Shown piece after piece: positions 20,297 to 30,766 of a DNA stretch of 64,000 nucleotides. Under the pieces are notes generated by a model that worked only from the letters and a program-made list of their open reading frames with translations, did not search any database and was not told the origin of the DNA. Every line of letters begins with the position of its first letter. The stretch's first letter is position 1. A program made the translations under genes and the position numbers. Source of the DNA: an uncultured delta proteobacterium (GTDB lineage Bacteria > Desulfobacterota > BSN033 > UBA1163); the NCBI GenBank assembly GCA_963827685.1, contig CAWHBU010000006.1:497932-561931 (forward strand). Reading direction: 5' to 3'.

Positions 20297-21631
20297 ATGA
20301 AAGAAACAGTTTGCCTTGTCAGTCTGGGATGTCCCAAGAACTTGGTCGATTCCGAAGTGATCCTCGGCCTTCTTTCAAAAGAGGGCTATCTTCTGACGAC
20401 CGATCCTTTAAGGGCTGAAGTTCTCATCGTCAACACCTGCTCCTTTATTGAGAAGGCAACGAAGGAGGCCATCGAAACCATTCTTCAACTCTCCCGTTTT
20501 AAGAAAGAAGGGCGCTGCCGTCTCCTCATCGTTTCTGGATGCCTCCCCCAGCGATATGGAGAAGTTTTGGAAAAGGAATTACCAGAGGTGGACCTCTTCG
20601 TCGGCACCGGAGCGTTTCAAAACCTTCCCAAGTTGCTCTCTCAGAAACCGAAGCGAAAGAGTTTCCTTCCCAAATCCACTTTTCTTTATGATGAAAAGAC
20701 ACCTCGAATTCTCTCCACCCCTCCTTTCATCGCTTACCTGAAGATTGCAGAGGGTTGTTCCAATGCCTGCACCTTTTGCACGGTTCCGAAGATCAGGGGT
20801 CGTTACCGAAGCAGAAAGCTTCGATCCGTCCTGGAAGAAGCCCAGAGGCTTGCAGATCAAGGGGTTCAGGAACTTATTCTGATCGCTCAAGACACCACGG
20901 CTTATGGAAGAGACCTCCGGGATGGAACCCATTTAGAAAAGCTCCTGAAAAATCTGGTCAAAATAGAAGGGCTTCGTTGGATCCGGATCCTCTATTCCTA
21001 CCCCAAAACAGACAATTTCACCGATGGGCTTCTCGAACTGATGGCTCAAGAAGAAAAGACCTGCCCCTATCTCGATCTCCCCATCCAACATATCGATGAT
21101 GAAATCCTCAAACGAATGGGGCGAAGGTCGAAAGGAGCAGAAATTCGGAGTCTCTTAAAAAAGATCAGAGCCTTTCTCCCGGAAGTCAGCTTGCGTTCTT
21201 CCTTGATTGTTGGTTTCCCCGGGGAGAAAGAAAGCCAATTCAAAGCACTCCTGGATTTTGTGGAGGAGGTTCAGTTCGATCACCTCGGTGCCTTTAAATA
21301 CTCTCCAGAAGAAGGAACGCCTGCCTTCCGACTCCCTCATCCCATCCCGGAGAGCGTCAAGGGCGAACGTCTTAGAACTCTGATGGAGATTCAGAAAAAG
21401 ATCTCTCTGAAAAAATACCAGGAAATCGTGGGCCAGAGGAGGGTGGTTCTCGTCGAAGGCCCACAACATGAACGAGGCGTTTTACAGGGGAGGCTTCAAA
21501 CACAAGCCCCTGAGATCGACGGCTCTGTCTTCTTGTATGGAAAAGCTCAACCTGGCGATCGGGTAGAAGCCCGAATCGCTGAAGCCCTTCCCTACGATCT
21601 TGTCGCCAAGATTGAAAGGGTACTCCCTTAG
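20297..21631 (+). CDS. rimO: Ribosomal protein S12 methylthiotransferase
   Basis: SLGCPKNLVDSE, NTCSFI, CSNACTFC radical-SAM motif, QAPEIDG TRAM domain. Confidence 0.95.
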   Translation: MKETVCLVSLGCPKNLVDSEVILGLLSKEGYLLTTDPLRAEVLIVNTCSFIEKATKEAIETILQLSRFKKEGRCRLLIVSGCLPQRYGEVLEKELPEVDLFVGTGAFQNLPKLLSQKPKRKSFLPKSTFLYDEKTPRILSTPPFIAYLKIAEGCSNACTFCTVPKIRGRYRSRKLRSVLEEAQRLADQGVQELILIAQDTTAYGRDLRDGTHLEKLLKNLVKIEGLRWIRILYSYPKTDNFTDGLLELMAQEEKTCPYLDLPIQHIDDEILKRMGRRSKGAEIRSLLKKIRAFLPEVSLRSSLIVGFPGEKESQFKALLDFVEEVQFDHLGAFKYSPEEGTPAFRLPHPIPESVKGERLRTLMEIQKKISLKKYQEIVGQRRVVLVEGPQHERGVLQGRLQTQAPEIDGSVFLYGKAQPGDRVEARIAEALPYDLVAKIERVLP

Positions 21632-21978
21632 GGTTTGGATTTTAGATCTCAAATTTCAGATCGAAGACTTCTCATGGCTGCCCTGTACCAGTTCGGTTCA
21701 GGGCCTGCCAGCTCGCCGATACGCGCCAAGAAAATTACCTCTGTCCCACTCATTGGATTCCCAAGGCCCGCTCTTACGGAGTAGACAGGGGGTAATATAA
21801 TCAGTTTCAAACCAATATCCAATCTTAAATCTGCAATCTCAAATATGAAATAGCCCCTCAAACTGCCTTTTCGCTTGACGGATATGTGAAAATGGGTTAG
21901 TTTGGTACGTCTTAAAACTTTCCTAAATCTCAATGAGATTAATACCATAGGAAAGATCTTCACTCACAAGCAGAAGAA

Positions 21979-23460
21979 ATGGATGAAACGAGCGAGCTGA
22001 TCCAACAGAGGATCAAGAAACTGGAGGTCTTGAGAAAGGAAGGAGTCGATCCTTATCCGAACGATTTCAGGGTGACCCATACCTCCGGAGATCTTCATGA
22101 GACCTTCGACTCCCTTTCTGATGAGGAATTGAAATCGGTTGGAGAGACCTTCTGCCTGGCGGGTCGGATCATGGCGATCCGTGACTTCGGAAAAGCCAGT
22201 TTTATCCAGATTCAAGATCGGAGGGGAAGAATCCAGGCTTACCTTCAAAAGGATATTGTCGGCGAGGCTGCCTTTCAGCTCTTCAAAACATTCGATATCG
22301 GAGACTTCATCGGATTGGAGGGTAAAATTTTTCGAACCAGGACCCGTGAACTTACTCTCCAGGTTCAGAGCTTTCGACTTCTTGTGAAGTCTCTTCGACC
22401 CCTTCCGGAGAAGTGGCATGGTCTCACTGACATCGAAGCCCGCTATCGACAGCGATACTTGGATCTCATCGCGAATTCCAAGGTCAAAGAGATTTTCCTC
22501 ACACGAACTAAGGCAATTCAAAAGATACGGGATTTCTTTACCCAACGGGATTTCATGGAGGTGGAGACCCCTATGCTTCACCCTATCCCCGGGGGTGCGA
22601 CAGCCAGGCCTTTCAAGACCCATCACAACGCCCTTGACATGGAGCTCTATATGAGGGTGGCCCCTGAACTCTTTCTCAAACGATTGGTGATCGGAGGACT
22701 TGAAAGAGTCTTTGAGATCAATCGCTGTTTTCGAAATGAAGGGATCTCTACGCAACACAATCCCGAATTCACCATGCTCGAGTTTTATCAGAGCTATGCC
22801 AGTTATGAAGATATGATGAAGATGACCGAGGATCTTCTCTGCTCCATGGTCAAAGAAATTCACGGTGGACTCCGCCTGACCTATCAGGGGAAGGAAATCG
22901 ATTTTACTCCTCCCTGGAGGAGAATCCCCTTCAAAGAATCTCTTTTGGAGTACGGAAAGCTCGACCCAGTTGCCCTGAAAGAACCATCCAAAGCGATCGA
23001 GGTGGCCAAGGGGCTCGGCCTCGAACTGAAAAGGGGAACCTCCCATGGAAGAGTTTTGGCCGATCTCTTTAAAGAGAGGGTCGAGCCCCATCTTCGTCAA
23101 CCTACCTTTGTGATTCATTATCCTACAGAGGTCTCTCCTCTCTCTCGCCGGAACGGGAAGGACCCTGAGGTGGTAGACCGATTTGAGCTCTTCATTGCAG
23201 GCCGGGAGATTGCCAATGGTTTCTCCGAACTGAATGATCCCGTCGATCAACGGGAACGTTTTGTCGAACAGTTGAAAGAGAGAGAGGAGGAAGCCGGTAT
23301 GGTTCTCACCCTCGATGAGGATTTTCTTCGGGCTCTTGAATTCGGAATGCCTCCCACGGCTGGCGAAGGAATTGGGATCGATCGTTGGATCATGCTCCTC
23401 ACGGACGCGCCTTCGATCCGGGATGTCATCTTCTTCCCTTTACTCCGGATGGAGAAATGA
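21979..23460 (+). CDS. lysS: Lysine--tRNA ligase (class II)
   Basis: GKASF, YRQRYLDL, FRNEG..HNPEFTMLE, GMPPTAGEGIGIDR. Confidence 0.98.
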   Translation: MDETSELIQQRIKKLEVLRKEGVDPYPNDFRVTHTSGDLHETFDSLSDEELKSVGETFCLAGRIMAIRDFGKASFIQIQDRRGRIQAYLQKDIVGEAAFQLFKTFDIGDFIGLEGKIFRTRTRELTLQVQSFRLLVKSLRPLPEKWHGLTDIEARYRQRYLDLIANSKVKEIFLTRTKAIQKIRDFFTQRDFMEVETPMLHPIPGGATARPFKTHHNALDMELYMRVAPELFLKRLVIGGLERVFEINRCFRNEGISTQHNPEFTMLEFYQSYASYEDMMKMTEDLLCSMVKEIHGGLRLTYQGKEIDFTPPWRRIPFKESLLEYGKLDPVALKEPSKAIEVAKGLGLELKRGTSHGRVLADLFKERVEPHLRQPTFVIHYPTEVSPLSRRNGKDPEVVDRFELFIAGREIANGFSELNDPVDQRERFVEQLKEREEEAGMVLTLDEDFLRALEFGMPPTAGEGIGIDRWIMLLTDAPSIRDVIFFPLLRMEK

Positions 23461-23570
23461 TAAAGGGATTGATAAACTGGGGAATTTAAGAATTCGTGTA
23501 ATTTAAAAACCCAAGAAATTGAGGAATGATATAATTCGAAATTCCTCTATCCCCAAATTCGAGAATAATT

Positions 23571-24821
23571 ATGAAATATGAATGGTTTATCGGTCTGAGA
23601 TATCTCAAAGCTAAACGAAAACAGACCTTCATCTCGATCATCACGATCATTTCCATTGTCGGGGTCGCGGTGGGAGTGATGACCTTAATCGTTGTCTTGG
23701 CCGTGATGAATGGTTTTGAAAAGAATCTGAAGGAGAAGTTTTTAGGTACTCAGGCGCACCTCCATCTCATTAAGGCTACTCAAGAAGGAATTGACCATTA
23801 TGAGGAAGTGATCAAGCAGGTTGAAGAGGTGAAAGGTGTGGCCGCGGCAGCCCCCTTCATTTTCAACCAGGTGATGCTCTCTTCCGAATCGAATGTTTTT
23901 GGTGTCGTCCTCAACGGGATCGATCCGGACCGAGTTGGAAAAGTGACTGACTTGGCCCGCAATATGAAGGCCGGGCGCCTCCAGGATCTAAAGGGGGAAA
24001 CTGATTCTCCAGGCATCATCCTCGGAGTTGAATTAGCCAAGCATCTCGGTGTGACACTCAACGATGCGATCCAGGTGATCTCTCCTCTTGGCACCATAAC
24101 GCCCATGGGAATGATGCCCAAGATGAAGCGTTTTCGTGTCGTAGGAATCTTTTACTCGGGTATGTATGAGTTCGACAATACACTCGCCTATATCTCGATT
24201 GAAAGCGCACAAAAGTTTTTCGGCATGGGAGCCCGCGTCACAGACATTGAGATCAAAACCAACGATATCTATAAAGTGAAAGAAATTGGCAAGGAGATCC
24301 GGCAAAAGCTGGGATTCCCCTTCTGGACGAAGGACTGGATGGAGATGAACAGAAATCTCTTCTCTGCCATGAAGCTGGAGAAGATCGCCATGTTTATCAT
24401 TCTTGTACTGACTGTACTGGTCGCTGCTTTGAATATCATTTCTACACTCATTATGGTCGTGATGGAGAAGAATAAAGACATTGCCATACTAAAATCGATG
24501 GGGACGCCGTCGAAGGGTATTTTGAGAATTTTTATCATCGAGGGAGGCATCATCGGAATGGTCGGAACGGCTCTTGGAACAATCCTTGGTTTGGGTATCG
24601 CATTCAATTTAGATAAGATCGTTGCATTTTTAGAAAACCGTTTTGGTTTCAAAATTTTTTCGCCAGACGTATATTATATTGAAAAATTTCCTTCTCAGGT
24701 CAATCCGATGGATGTTGGGCTAATCATCATGACCGCAATCCTCATCAGTCTCCTGGCTACTCTTTATCCTTCTTGGAGGGCATCGAGACTTGACCCCGCT
24801 GAGGCATTGCGATATGAGTAG
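23571..24821 (+). CDS. lolE: Lipoprotein-releasing ABC transporter permease LolC/E
   Basis: IGLRYL, AVMNGFE, DIAILKSMG, YPSWRASRLDPAEALRYE. Confidence 0.93.
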   Translation: MKYEWFIGLRYLKAKRKQTFISIITIISIVGVAVGVMTLIVVLAVMNGFEKNLKEKFLGTQAHLHLIKATQEGIDHYEEVIKQVEEVKGVAAAAPFIFNQVMLSSESNVFGVVLNGIDPDRVGKVTDLARNMKAGRLQDLKGETDSPGIILGVELAKHLGVTLNDAIQVISPLGTITPMGMMPKMKRFRVVGIFYSGMYEFDNTLAYISIESAQKFFGMGARVTDIEIKTNDIYKVKEIGKEIRQKLGFPFWTKDWMEMNRNLFSAMKLEKIAMFIILVLTVLVAALNIISTLIMVVMEKNKDIAILKSMGTPSKGILRIFIIEGGIIGMVGTALGTILGLGIAFNLDKIVAFLENRFGFKIFSPDVYYIEKFPSQVNPMDVGLIIMTAILISLLATLYPSWRASRLDPAEALRYE

Positions 24822-25995
24822 GGATAGGATGTCCTTTAAAGAAAAGGCTCAGAAGGCTCTCTCCCGTGGGGAATGGAAGAAGGCACTTGAATGCTTTCGA
24901 AATCATTGCGCCTCAGAACCAGAGGATCTTCGATCCCAGCTGAAGGTGGCCGAAGTGCTGGAGCGCTTAGGTCAAAAGGAAGAGGCCGTCCAAATGTATC
25001 GAAAGGTGGCCGAAGTGTATGCCCTGGATGGCTTTCTGCTTCAAGCCATTTCGATCAATAAAATGATCTTAAGGGTTGATCCAACCTCTCAGGATGTCAA
25101 TCATCGGTTGGCACAACTCTATGCAGAAAAAACGAGAGAGATGAAACCCCTGCGTCCATTCCCGCACATCCCTCTCTTCTCTGAGCTCAATGAACAGGAG
25201 CTTCAATCCCTGCTCTCCCACCTCGAAAGCAAAACCTTTCCGAAGGGAGCCTTGATCTGCCGGGAGGGAGAAGGGGGGGATTCCCTCTTTGTCATCAGTC
25301 GGGGAGAGGTGTCTATTACCAAGCAGATGCCAGAGAGGAGGGAGGTGCGTGTCCGCAACCTCAGGGATGGGGATTTCTTTGGAGAGTTTGGTTTCTTTAT
25401 AGATCAAAAAAGACATGCCACGGTCCGGGCCATCACAGAATGTGAGATTCTGGAAATCTCCAGAAATGCGCTGAACAAGATGATCGAGATCCATCCCAGA
25501 CTGAACGAGGTGCTCCAGAACCTCTTCAAGGAAAGAATTTTGGATAACTTCTTCGCTCTTTCCCCCATCTTCTCATCCCTCGCCTCCAGCGAGCGAGGAG
25601 AGTTCATGAAACGATTTCATCTTCGTGAAATCCCCGAAGGAACGACGCTCTTCAAAGGAGGGGATCCTCCCACCTCCCTCTATATGGTGAGAAGCGGCGA
25701 AGTGGAGATATTTACTCAAAACCGTCATGGGAAAAAAGTGTTATTAGCACTTTTGGAAAGTGGAAATTTTTTTGGTGAGATCGGGCCTCTCTTCGATAAA
25801 CCCCGCACAGCGAATGCGAGGACTACCCGTCCTACCGAATTAATGGAAATGACAAAGGAAGACTTCAACGCCTGCCTCCTTCGATTCCCGAACCTTCAGA
25901 CGAAACTCAAAGAGATTTCTCTGAAGCGCCTCTCGCAGACAAAAGAACTTCTCTCCCAAGAGGCCATTCAAAAAGCTAAGGAGGCAATGGTTTGA
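24814..25995 (+). CDS. TPR-repeat plus tandem cyclic-nucleotide-binding domain protein
   Basis: N-terminal helical TPR-like region; two CNB cassettes FFGEFGFF..KRHATVRA and FFGEIGPL..PRTANART. Start at 24814 or 24829. Confidence 0.85.
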   Translation: MSRDRMSFKEKAQKALSRGEWKKALECFRNHCASEPEDLRSQLKVAEVLERLGQKEEAVQMYRKVAEVYALDGFLLQAISINKMILRVDPTSQDVNHRLAQLYAEKTREMKPLRPFPHIPLFSELNEQELQSLLSHLESKTFPKGALICREGEGGDSLFVISRGEVSITKQMPERREVRVRNLRDGDFFGEFGFFIDQKRHATVRAITECEILEISRNALNKMIEIHPRLNEVLQNLFKERILDNFFALSPIFSSLASSERGEFMKRFHLREIPEGTTLFKGGDPPTSLYMVRSGEVEIFTQNRHGKKVLLALLESGNFFGEIGPLFDKPRTANARTTRPTELMEMTKEDFNACLLRFPNLQTKLKEISLKRLSQTKELLSQEAIQKAKEAMV

Positions 25996-26666
25996 AAGAA
26001 TTCATTCAAGTCCAACAGCTTTTCAAGGCTTATGGAAATGGAGCCAAACGGGTCGAGGTCCTCAAGGGAGCAGATCTCACTTTTTCCCGAGCGGAGAAGG
26101 CTGCCATTGTTGGCGCCTCGGGTGTAGGGAAAACCACTCTCCTCCACATCTTAGGTACGCTTGATCGGCCCACCGCAGGAAAGGTTCTCTATGAAGGAAA
26201 AGACATCTATACCTTGAATGAAAAGGATCTTGCCCTCTTCCGAAATCGTGAGATCGGATTTGTCTTTCAATTCCATCATCTGCTTCCCGAATTCAATGCC
26301 TTGGAGAATACGATGATGCCTTGTCTGATCCAGGGAATCCCGAAACGGGAGTCAGCCTCTCGGGCGGAAGCGATTCTCACGTTGGTGGGACTTAAGGAGC
26401 GCCTTGCTCATAAACCAGGGGAGCTTTCCGGCGGAGAACAACAACGCGTGGCAGTAGCCAGAGCTTTGGTTTTGGAACCGAAAGTCTTGCTGGCCGATGA
26501 ACCCACCGGAAACTTGGATACCAAGACAGGAGAGTCTGTCTTTGACCTTCTCCGGGAAATGAACCAGATCAAAGGGATCACCCTCATCGTCGTCACGCAC
26601 AACATAAAATTGGCTGAAAAATTGTCCCGCCAGATCCAGCTCATCGATGGAAAGGCGTTGGGATAG
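25992..26666 (+). CDS. lolD: Lipoprotein-releasing ABC transporter ATPase
   Basis: GASGVGKT, GFVFQFHHLL, LSGGEQQR, DEPTGNLD. Confidence 0.95.
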   Translation: MKEFIQVQQLFKAYGNGAKRVEVLKGADLTFSRAEKAAIVGASGVGKTTLLHILGTLDRPTAGKVLYEGKDIYTLNEKDLALFRNREIGFVFQFHHLLPEFNALENTMMPCLIQGIPKRESASRAEAILTLVGLKERLAHKPGELSGGEQQRVAVARALVLEPKVLLADEPTGNLDTKTGESVFDLLREMNQIKGITLIVVTHNIKLAEKLSRQIQLIDGKALG

Positions 26667-26796
26667 ACAATGTCCCCTTTACAAAAAAATAAAGATTTGA
26701 TATGAAGATGAAAATTTTTTCATCCCATCCGCTCCCCTGTAAAAATTGGGGCAGAGGGGCTGTATCAGATTTCAAAGAATGGGAAGGAACCTGAAC

Positions 26797-29058
26797 ATGA
26801 TTATGAGACAAATTGGGCTTGTGCTCCTTGCCTCCTCTCTTCTCATAGGAATAAGCGTTGGAATAGGCGCTGGAGCGGAGGAAAACATTTACAAGGTCAT
26901 GATCCTTGGAAATGTAAAGGTTGAAGAAGGGGTCATTCGAGGAGCGATCAAGAGCCGGGAGGGAGGTCCCTTTTCTGTCGAGAAGGTCCGTGAGGATCTA
27001 CGATCTATTTTTGATTTGGGTTCCTTCACCGATGTTCAAGTGGACATCAAATCGACCCCTCAGGGCAAAGAAGTGATCTTCATTGTCGCGGAAAAGCCTT
27101 CGATCAAAGAGATCTTGATCAAGGGAAATGACAAGGTGAAGCTGGACGATATCAAAGAGAAGATGACCCTCAAGACACGCTCGATCCTCAACCTCGAAAA
27201 GGTGAAAGAGGATTCGGAACAGATCCGGAAACTTTATTTCTCGAAAGGTTATTATGGGGTCAAGGTGGAATATAAGGTCGACTATCTGGAAACCAATGAA
27301 GCCATAGTCACTTTTACAGTCTCGGAAGGCCCTAAGGGACATATCCAAAAAATAGTCTTCAAGGGGAACAAGCATATTAAAACCTCCGAATTGAAGAAGG
27401 GGATGACGACCAAACGGAGGAATATTTTTTCCATCATCACCAAGACCGGGACCTTAGATGAAGATGTTCTTAAAAATGACCTTCAACTCCTGACCGCCTA
27501 CTATTATGATCATGGGTATCTCGAAGCGAAGATCTCTGAACCCAAGGTCGATCTCTCCAACCCGAAAAAGATCCGGATCGAGATTGGGATTGTGGAAGGA
27601 CCTCAATATCATCTCGGGAATATCGACTTCAAAGGGGATCTCCTCACCACCAAAGAAGCCCTCTTCAAAGTTCTCAAAATAAAGCGGGGAGACGTCTTTA
27701 GCAACACGGCCATTCGAAAGGAGGTCAATGCCCTCACGGAAAAGTTTGCCAATCAAGGCTATGCTTATGTAGAGGTCAACCCTGAAACCTCCGTGGACAA
27801 TAAGAATCTCTTAGTCCACCTCACCTTTGAAATTGAAAAGAAGAAAAGCGTCTATTATGAAAAGATTCAGGTCGTTGGGAATACGAAGACCCGTGACAAG
27901 GTGATCCGCAGGGAGCTCCGGGTGGCCGAAGGAGACCTTTACAACGCTACCGATATGAATTATAGTCGCGACCGACTGAAAAGGACAGGGTTCTTTAAAG
28001 AGGTGGACTTTACCACCAGCCGTGGGAGCACCGAAGAAAAAATCAACCTTGATATCAAAGTCGAGGAGGCTCCGACAGGTGCCCTCAGTTTCGGAATTGG
28101 GTATAGTACCATCGAGAGCGTCGTGGGCTCTGCCTCGATCTCCGACCGCAATCTCTTCGGTTTGGGCTATTTTGGAATGTTGAAGTTCAGCCTGGGATTT
28201 GAAACCCAAAGTGCTCGGTTGAGCCTTACAGACCCCTATTTTTTGGGATATCCTTATGCGGCAGGTTTTGACCTCTATCACGAAAGGGTGGAGATCTTCA
28301 CAACTTATTCCTGGAAAATTACAGGAGGGGATATCCGTTTCGGAAAGGAATTGACCGATAAGATTCGCATTGATGCGATGTATAAATTGGAGAACGTCGA
28401 TGTCTATAATGTGGCAAGTGATGCCTCGATCTATATCATAGACCAGCAAGGGAAGAGGACGACCAGCTCCATTGCTTTAACCCCTTCCATTGACACCCGT
28501 GACGACTTCTTCAATCCTCGTCGGGGAGGTCGACACAGCTTTTCCATTCAAGACGCAGGAGGGTTTTTAGGGGGGGATAACTATTTCGTCAAGGTATTGG
28601 GACAGACCAGTTGGTTTTTCCCGTTACCTTTAAGAACAACCCTCAATCTTCGTGGCCAGGCCGGGTTCATTGCTCCTTATAGTGGAAAGGCTTTACCGAT
28701 CTATGAAAAATTCTTCGTCGGAGGTATCAACACTGTCCGAGGTTTCGAATACGGAAAGGCGGGACCGATCGATACACCAACCGGAGATCCCCTTGGTGCG
28801 AAAAAGATGGTGGTCTTCAATCTGGACTGGATCTTCCCTTTGTCCCGTGAGATTGGCTTGCAAGGAGCTTTGTTCTTCGATATAGGGAAGGGATTTGATA
28901 AGTTTAGCGATATCACCCCGTTGAGATTCGGGGCGGGGCCTGGAATTCGTTGGTTCTCTCCGTTTGGCCCCATCCATATCGATCTGGGGTTTAACCTCAA
29001 CCGCAAAAAAGGGGAGAAAGGACAAGTGATTGAATTTACTGGTGGATCCGTTTATTAA
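26797..29058 (+). CDS. bamA: Outer membrane protein assembly factor BamA
   Basis: POTRA repeats, KTRDKVIRRE, VRGFE, SPFGPI; start uncertain (26779-26803). Confidence 0.95.
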   Translation: MIMRQIGLVLLASSLLIGISVGIGAGAEENIYKVMILGNVKVEEGVIRGAIKSREGGPFSVEKVREDLRSIFDLGSFTDVQVDIKSTPQGKEVIFIVAEKPSIKEILIKGNDKVKLDDIKEKMTLKTRSILNLEKVKEDSEQIRKLYFSKGYYGVKVEYKVDYLETNEAIVTFTVSEGPKGHIQKIVFKGNKHIKTSELKKGMTTKRRNIFSIITKTGTLDEDVLKNDLQLLTAYYYDHGYLEAKISEPKVDLSNPKKIRIEIGIVEGPQYHLGNIDFKGDLLTTKEALFKVLKIKRGDVFSNTAIRKEVNALTEKFANQGYAYVEVNPETSVDNKNLLVHLTFEIEKKKSVYYEKIQVVGNTKTRDKVIRRELRVAEGDLYNATDMNYSRDRLKRTGFFKEVDFTTSRGSTEEKINLDIKVEEAPTGALSFGIGYSTIESVVGSASISDRNLFGLGYFGMLKFSLGFETQSARLSLTDPYFLGYPYAAGFDLYHERVEIFTTYSWKITGGDIRFGKELTDKIRIDAMYKLENVDVYNVASDASIYIIDQQGKRTTSSIALTPSIDTRDDFFNPRRGGRHSFSIQDAGGFLGGDNYFVKVLGQTSWFFPLPLRTTLNLRGQAGFIAPYSGKALPIYEKFFVGGINTVRGFEYGKAGPIDTPTGDPLGAKKMVVFNLDWIFPLSREIGLQGALFFDIGKGFDKFSDITPLRFGAGPGIRWFSPFGPIHIDLGFNLNRKKGEKGQVIEFTGGSVY

Positions 29059-29101
29059 AAAATTTGTATCGGTGTTAAACTTAATTTAAGAGAGAGGAGC
29101 A

Positions 29102-29623
29102 ATGAAGATGCATGGAAAAAAGTTAGGTGTTGTGGTAGGAATGGTCCTGTTGGGATGGTTTGGGTCTGTTTGGGCTGCGGATTTAAAGGTGGCTTACGTC
29201 GATATCCAGAAGGCGATGAATGAATGCAATTCAGGAAAAGAGGCTAAAAAAGCGATTCAAAAGGAAATGGACAAACTTCAACACCAATTCCAAGAGAAAC
29301 AAAAAGAGCTCCAAACGATGAAAGAGACGTTAGATAAACAAACCTCCATGCTCACCCCGGATGCCAGGGCAAATAAGGAAAAGGAATTCCAGACGAAAGT
29401 CCGGGATTATCAGAGATGGTTGGATGACAATCAGAAGGAGATCCAACAAAAGGGGATCGAGATGGAACGAAACATCACTAGCGGCCTCCAGAAGGTGATT
29501 CAAAAAGTGGGTGCAGACGAGGGTTACACACTTATCCTGGAAGGGGGCATTTTGCTCTATGGCTCCAAGACCCTTGATATTACCGATCGGGTGATCAAAG
29601 CGTACGATGCCCAGAAAAAATAA
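29102..29623 (+). CDS. skp: Skp/OmpH periplasmic chaperone
   Basis: Signal peptide, KVAYVD, coiled coil, DITDRVI. Confidence 0.9.
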   Translation: MKMHGKKLGVVVGMVLLGWFGSVWAADLKVAYVDIQKAMNECNSGKEAKKAIQKEMDKLQHQFQEKQKELQTMKETLDKQTSMLTPDARANKEKEFQTKVRDYQRWLDDNQKEIQQKGIEMERNITSGLQKVIQKVGADEGYTLILEGGILLYGSKTLDITDRVIKAYDAQKK

Positions 29624-29719
29624 CCTTTCAGATTGCAGATCCTAGATTGCAAATTGGAAAAATCTTAAATCTACCATCTGAAACTTACAATCCGAATCGA
29701 CTGAGATTAGGCAACGAGG

Positions 29720-30766
29720 ATGAAAAAGAAGCTCAAAGAATTGGCCCAATGGGTGGGTGGAACAGTGGTTGGAGATGGAGAGATAGAAATCTCTGGAGTG
29801 GCAGCTATTGAAGAGGCCCGAATTGGAGAGATCACTTTCATCGCCAGCCCGAAATACCTCCCGAACCTCAGGGAAACCAATGCCTCGGCGATCATCGTAT
29901 CGAAAGAGGTGACCCAGGCGAACAGACCTCTCCTTTGCGTGGCCAATCCCCATTTAGCCTTTACCAAGATTCTCACCCTCTTTTCCGAAAAACCTTACCA
30001 ACCCAAAGGGATCGATTCCCACACCTGGATCAGCCCTACAGCAAAATTAGGAAAAGATCTGACCCTCTATCCGTTCGTCTATATTGGTGACCGCTGCTCG
30101 ATTGGAGATCGGGTCACCCTTTATCCTGGGGTCTATGTGGGCGAGGACTCCGCCATCGGAGAGGACTCGATCCTTTACTCCCATGTCTCCATCTATTCCG
30201 GGACACTCATTGGAAAACGGGTGATTCTTCACAGCGGGGTGGTGGTCGGAAGTGATGGATTCGCATATGTGAAGGAAGGAAAGAAGAATGTGAAAATCCC
30301 CCAGGTGGGAAGAGCGGAAATTGAGGACGATGTCGAAATCGGCGCCAATACCACGATCGATCGAGCCGCATTGGGCAGGACGATCATCCGGAGAGGGGTG
30401 AAGATCGATAACCTTGTTCAGGTTGCCCATACTGTCGTGATCGGTGAGGACTCGATCCTCTGCGCCCAGGTGGGAATTTCAGGCTCCACAAAGATCGGAA
30501 GCAATGTCACCTTGGCTGGGCAGGTGGGAGTGGTGGATCACGTTGAAATTGGAGACGATGTCATGGTGGGCGCTCAATCCGGAGTGATGAACGATCTGCC
30601 TTCCAACCAAGCCTACATCGGAAGTCCTGCATTGCCTCATCGTGAGTTTCTCCGGGCGGCCGCTCTCTTTCCGAAATTGCCGGAGATGAGAAAGACCCTC
30701 ATCGAAATCGAGAAGCGCCTAAAAAAGATTGAAGAGACGCTCTCTTCGAGAGGGAAGGAGAAGTAG
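29720..30766 (+). CDS. lpxD: UDP-3-O-acylglucosamine N-acyltransferase
   Basis: Hexapeptide repeats, GSDGF, KIPQVG, IGANTTIDR, KIDNLVQVAH. Confidence 0.96.
   Translation: MKKKLKELAQWVGGTVVGDGEIEISGVAAIEEARIGEITFIASPKYLPNLRETNASAIIVSKEVTQANRPLLCVANPHLAFTKILTLFSEKPYQPKGIDSHTWISPTAKLGKDLTLYPFVYIGDRCSIGDRVTLYPGVYVGEDSAIGEDSILYSHVSIYSGTLIGKRVILHSGVVVGSDGFAYVKEGKKNVKIPQVGRAEIEDDVEIGANTTIDRAALGRTIIRRGVKIDNLVQVAHTVVIGEDSILCAQVGISGSTKIGSNVTLAGQVGVVDHVEIGDDVMVGAQSGVMNDLPSNQAYIGSPALPHREFLRAAALFPKLPEMRKTLIEIEKRLKKIEETLSSRGKEK

Noticed and set aside
21660-21960. Lysine riboswitch or T-box upstream of lysS
   Set aside because: No AGAGGUGC-type start or T-box consensus on the sense strand; kept only as an unassigned structure.
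21964-23250. 428-aa ORF opposite lysS
   Set aside because: Antisense shadow with no domain features.
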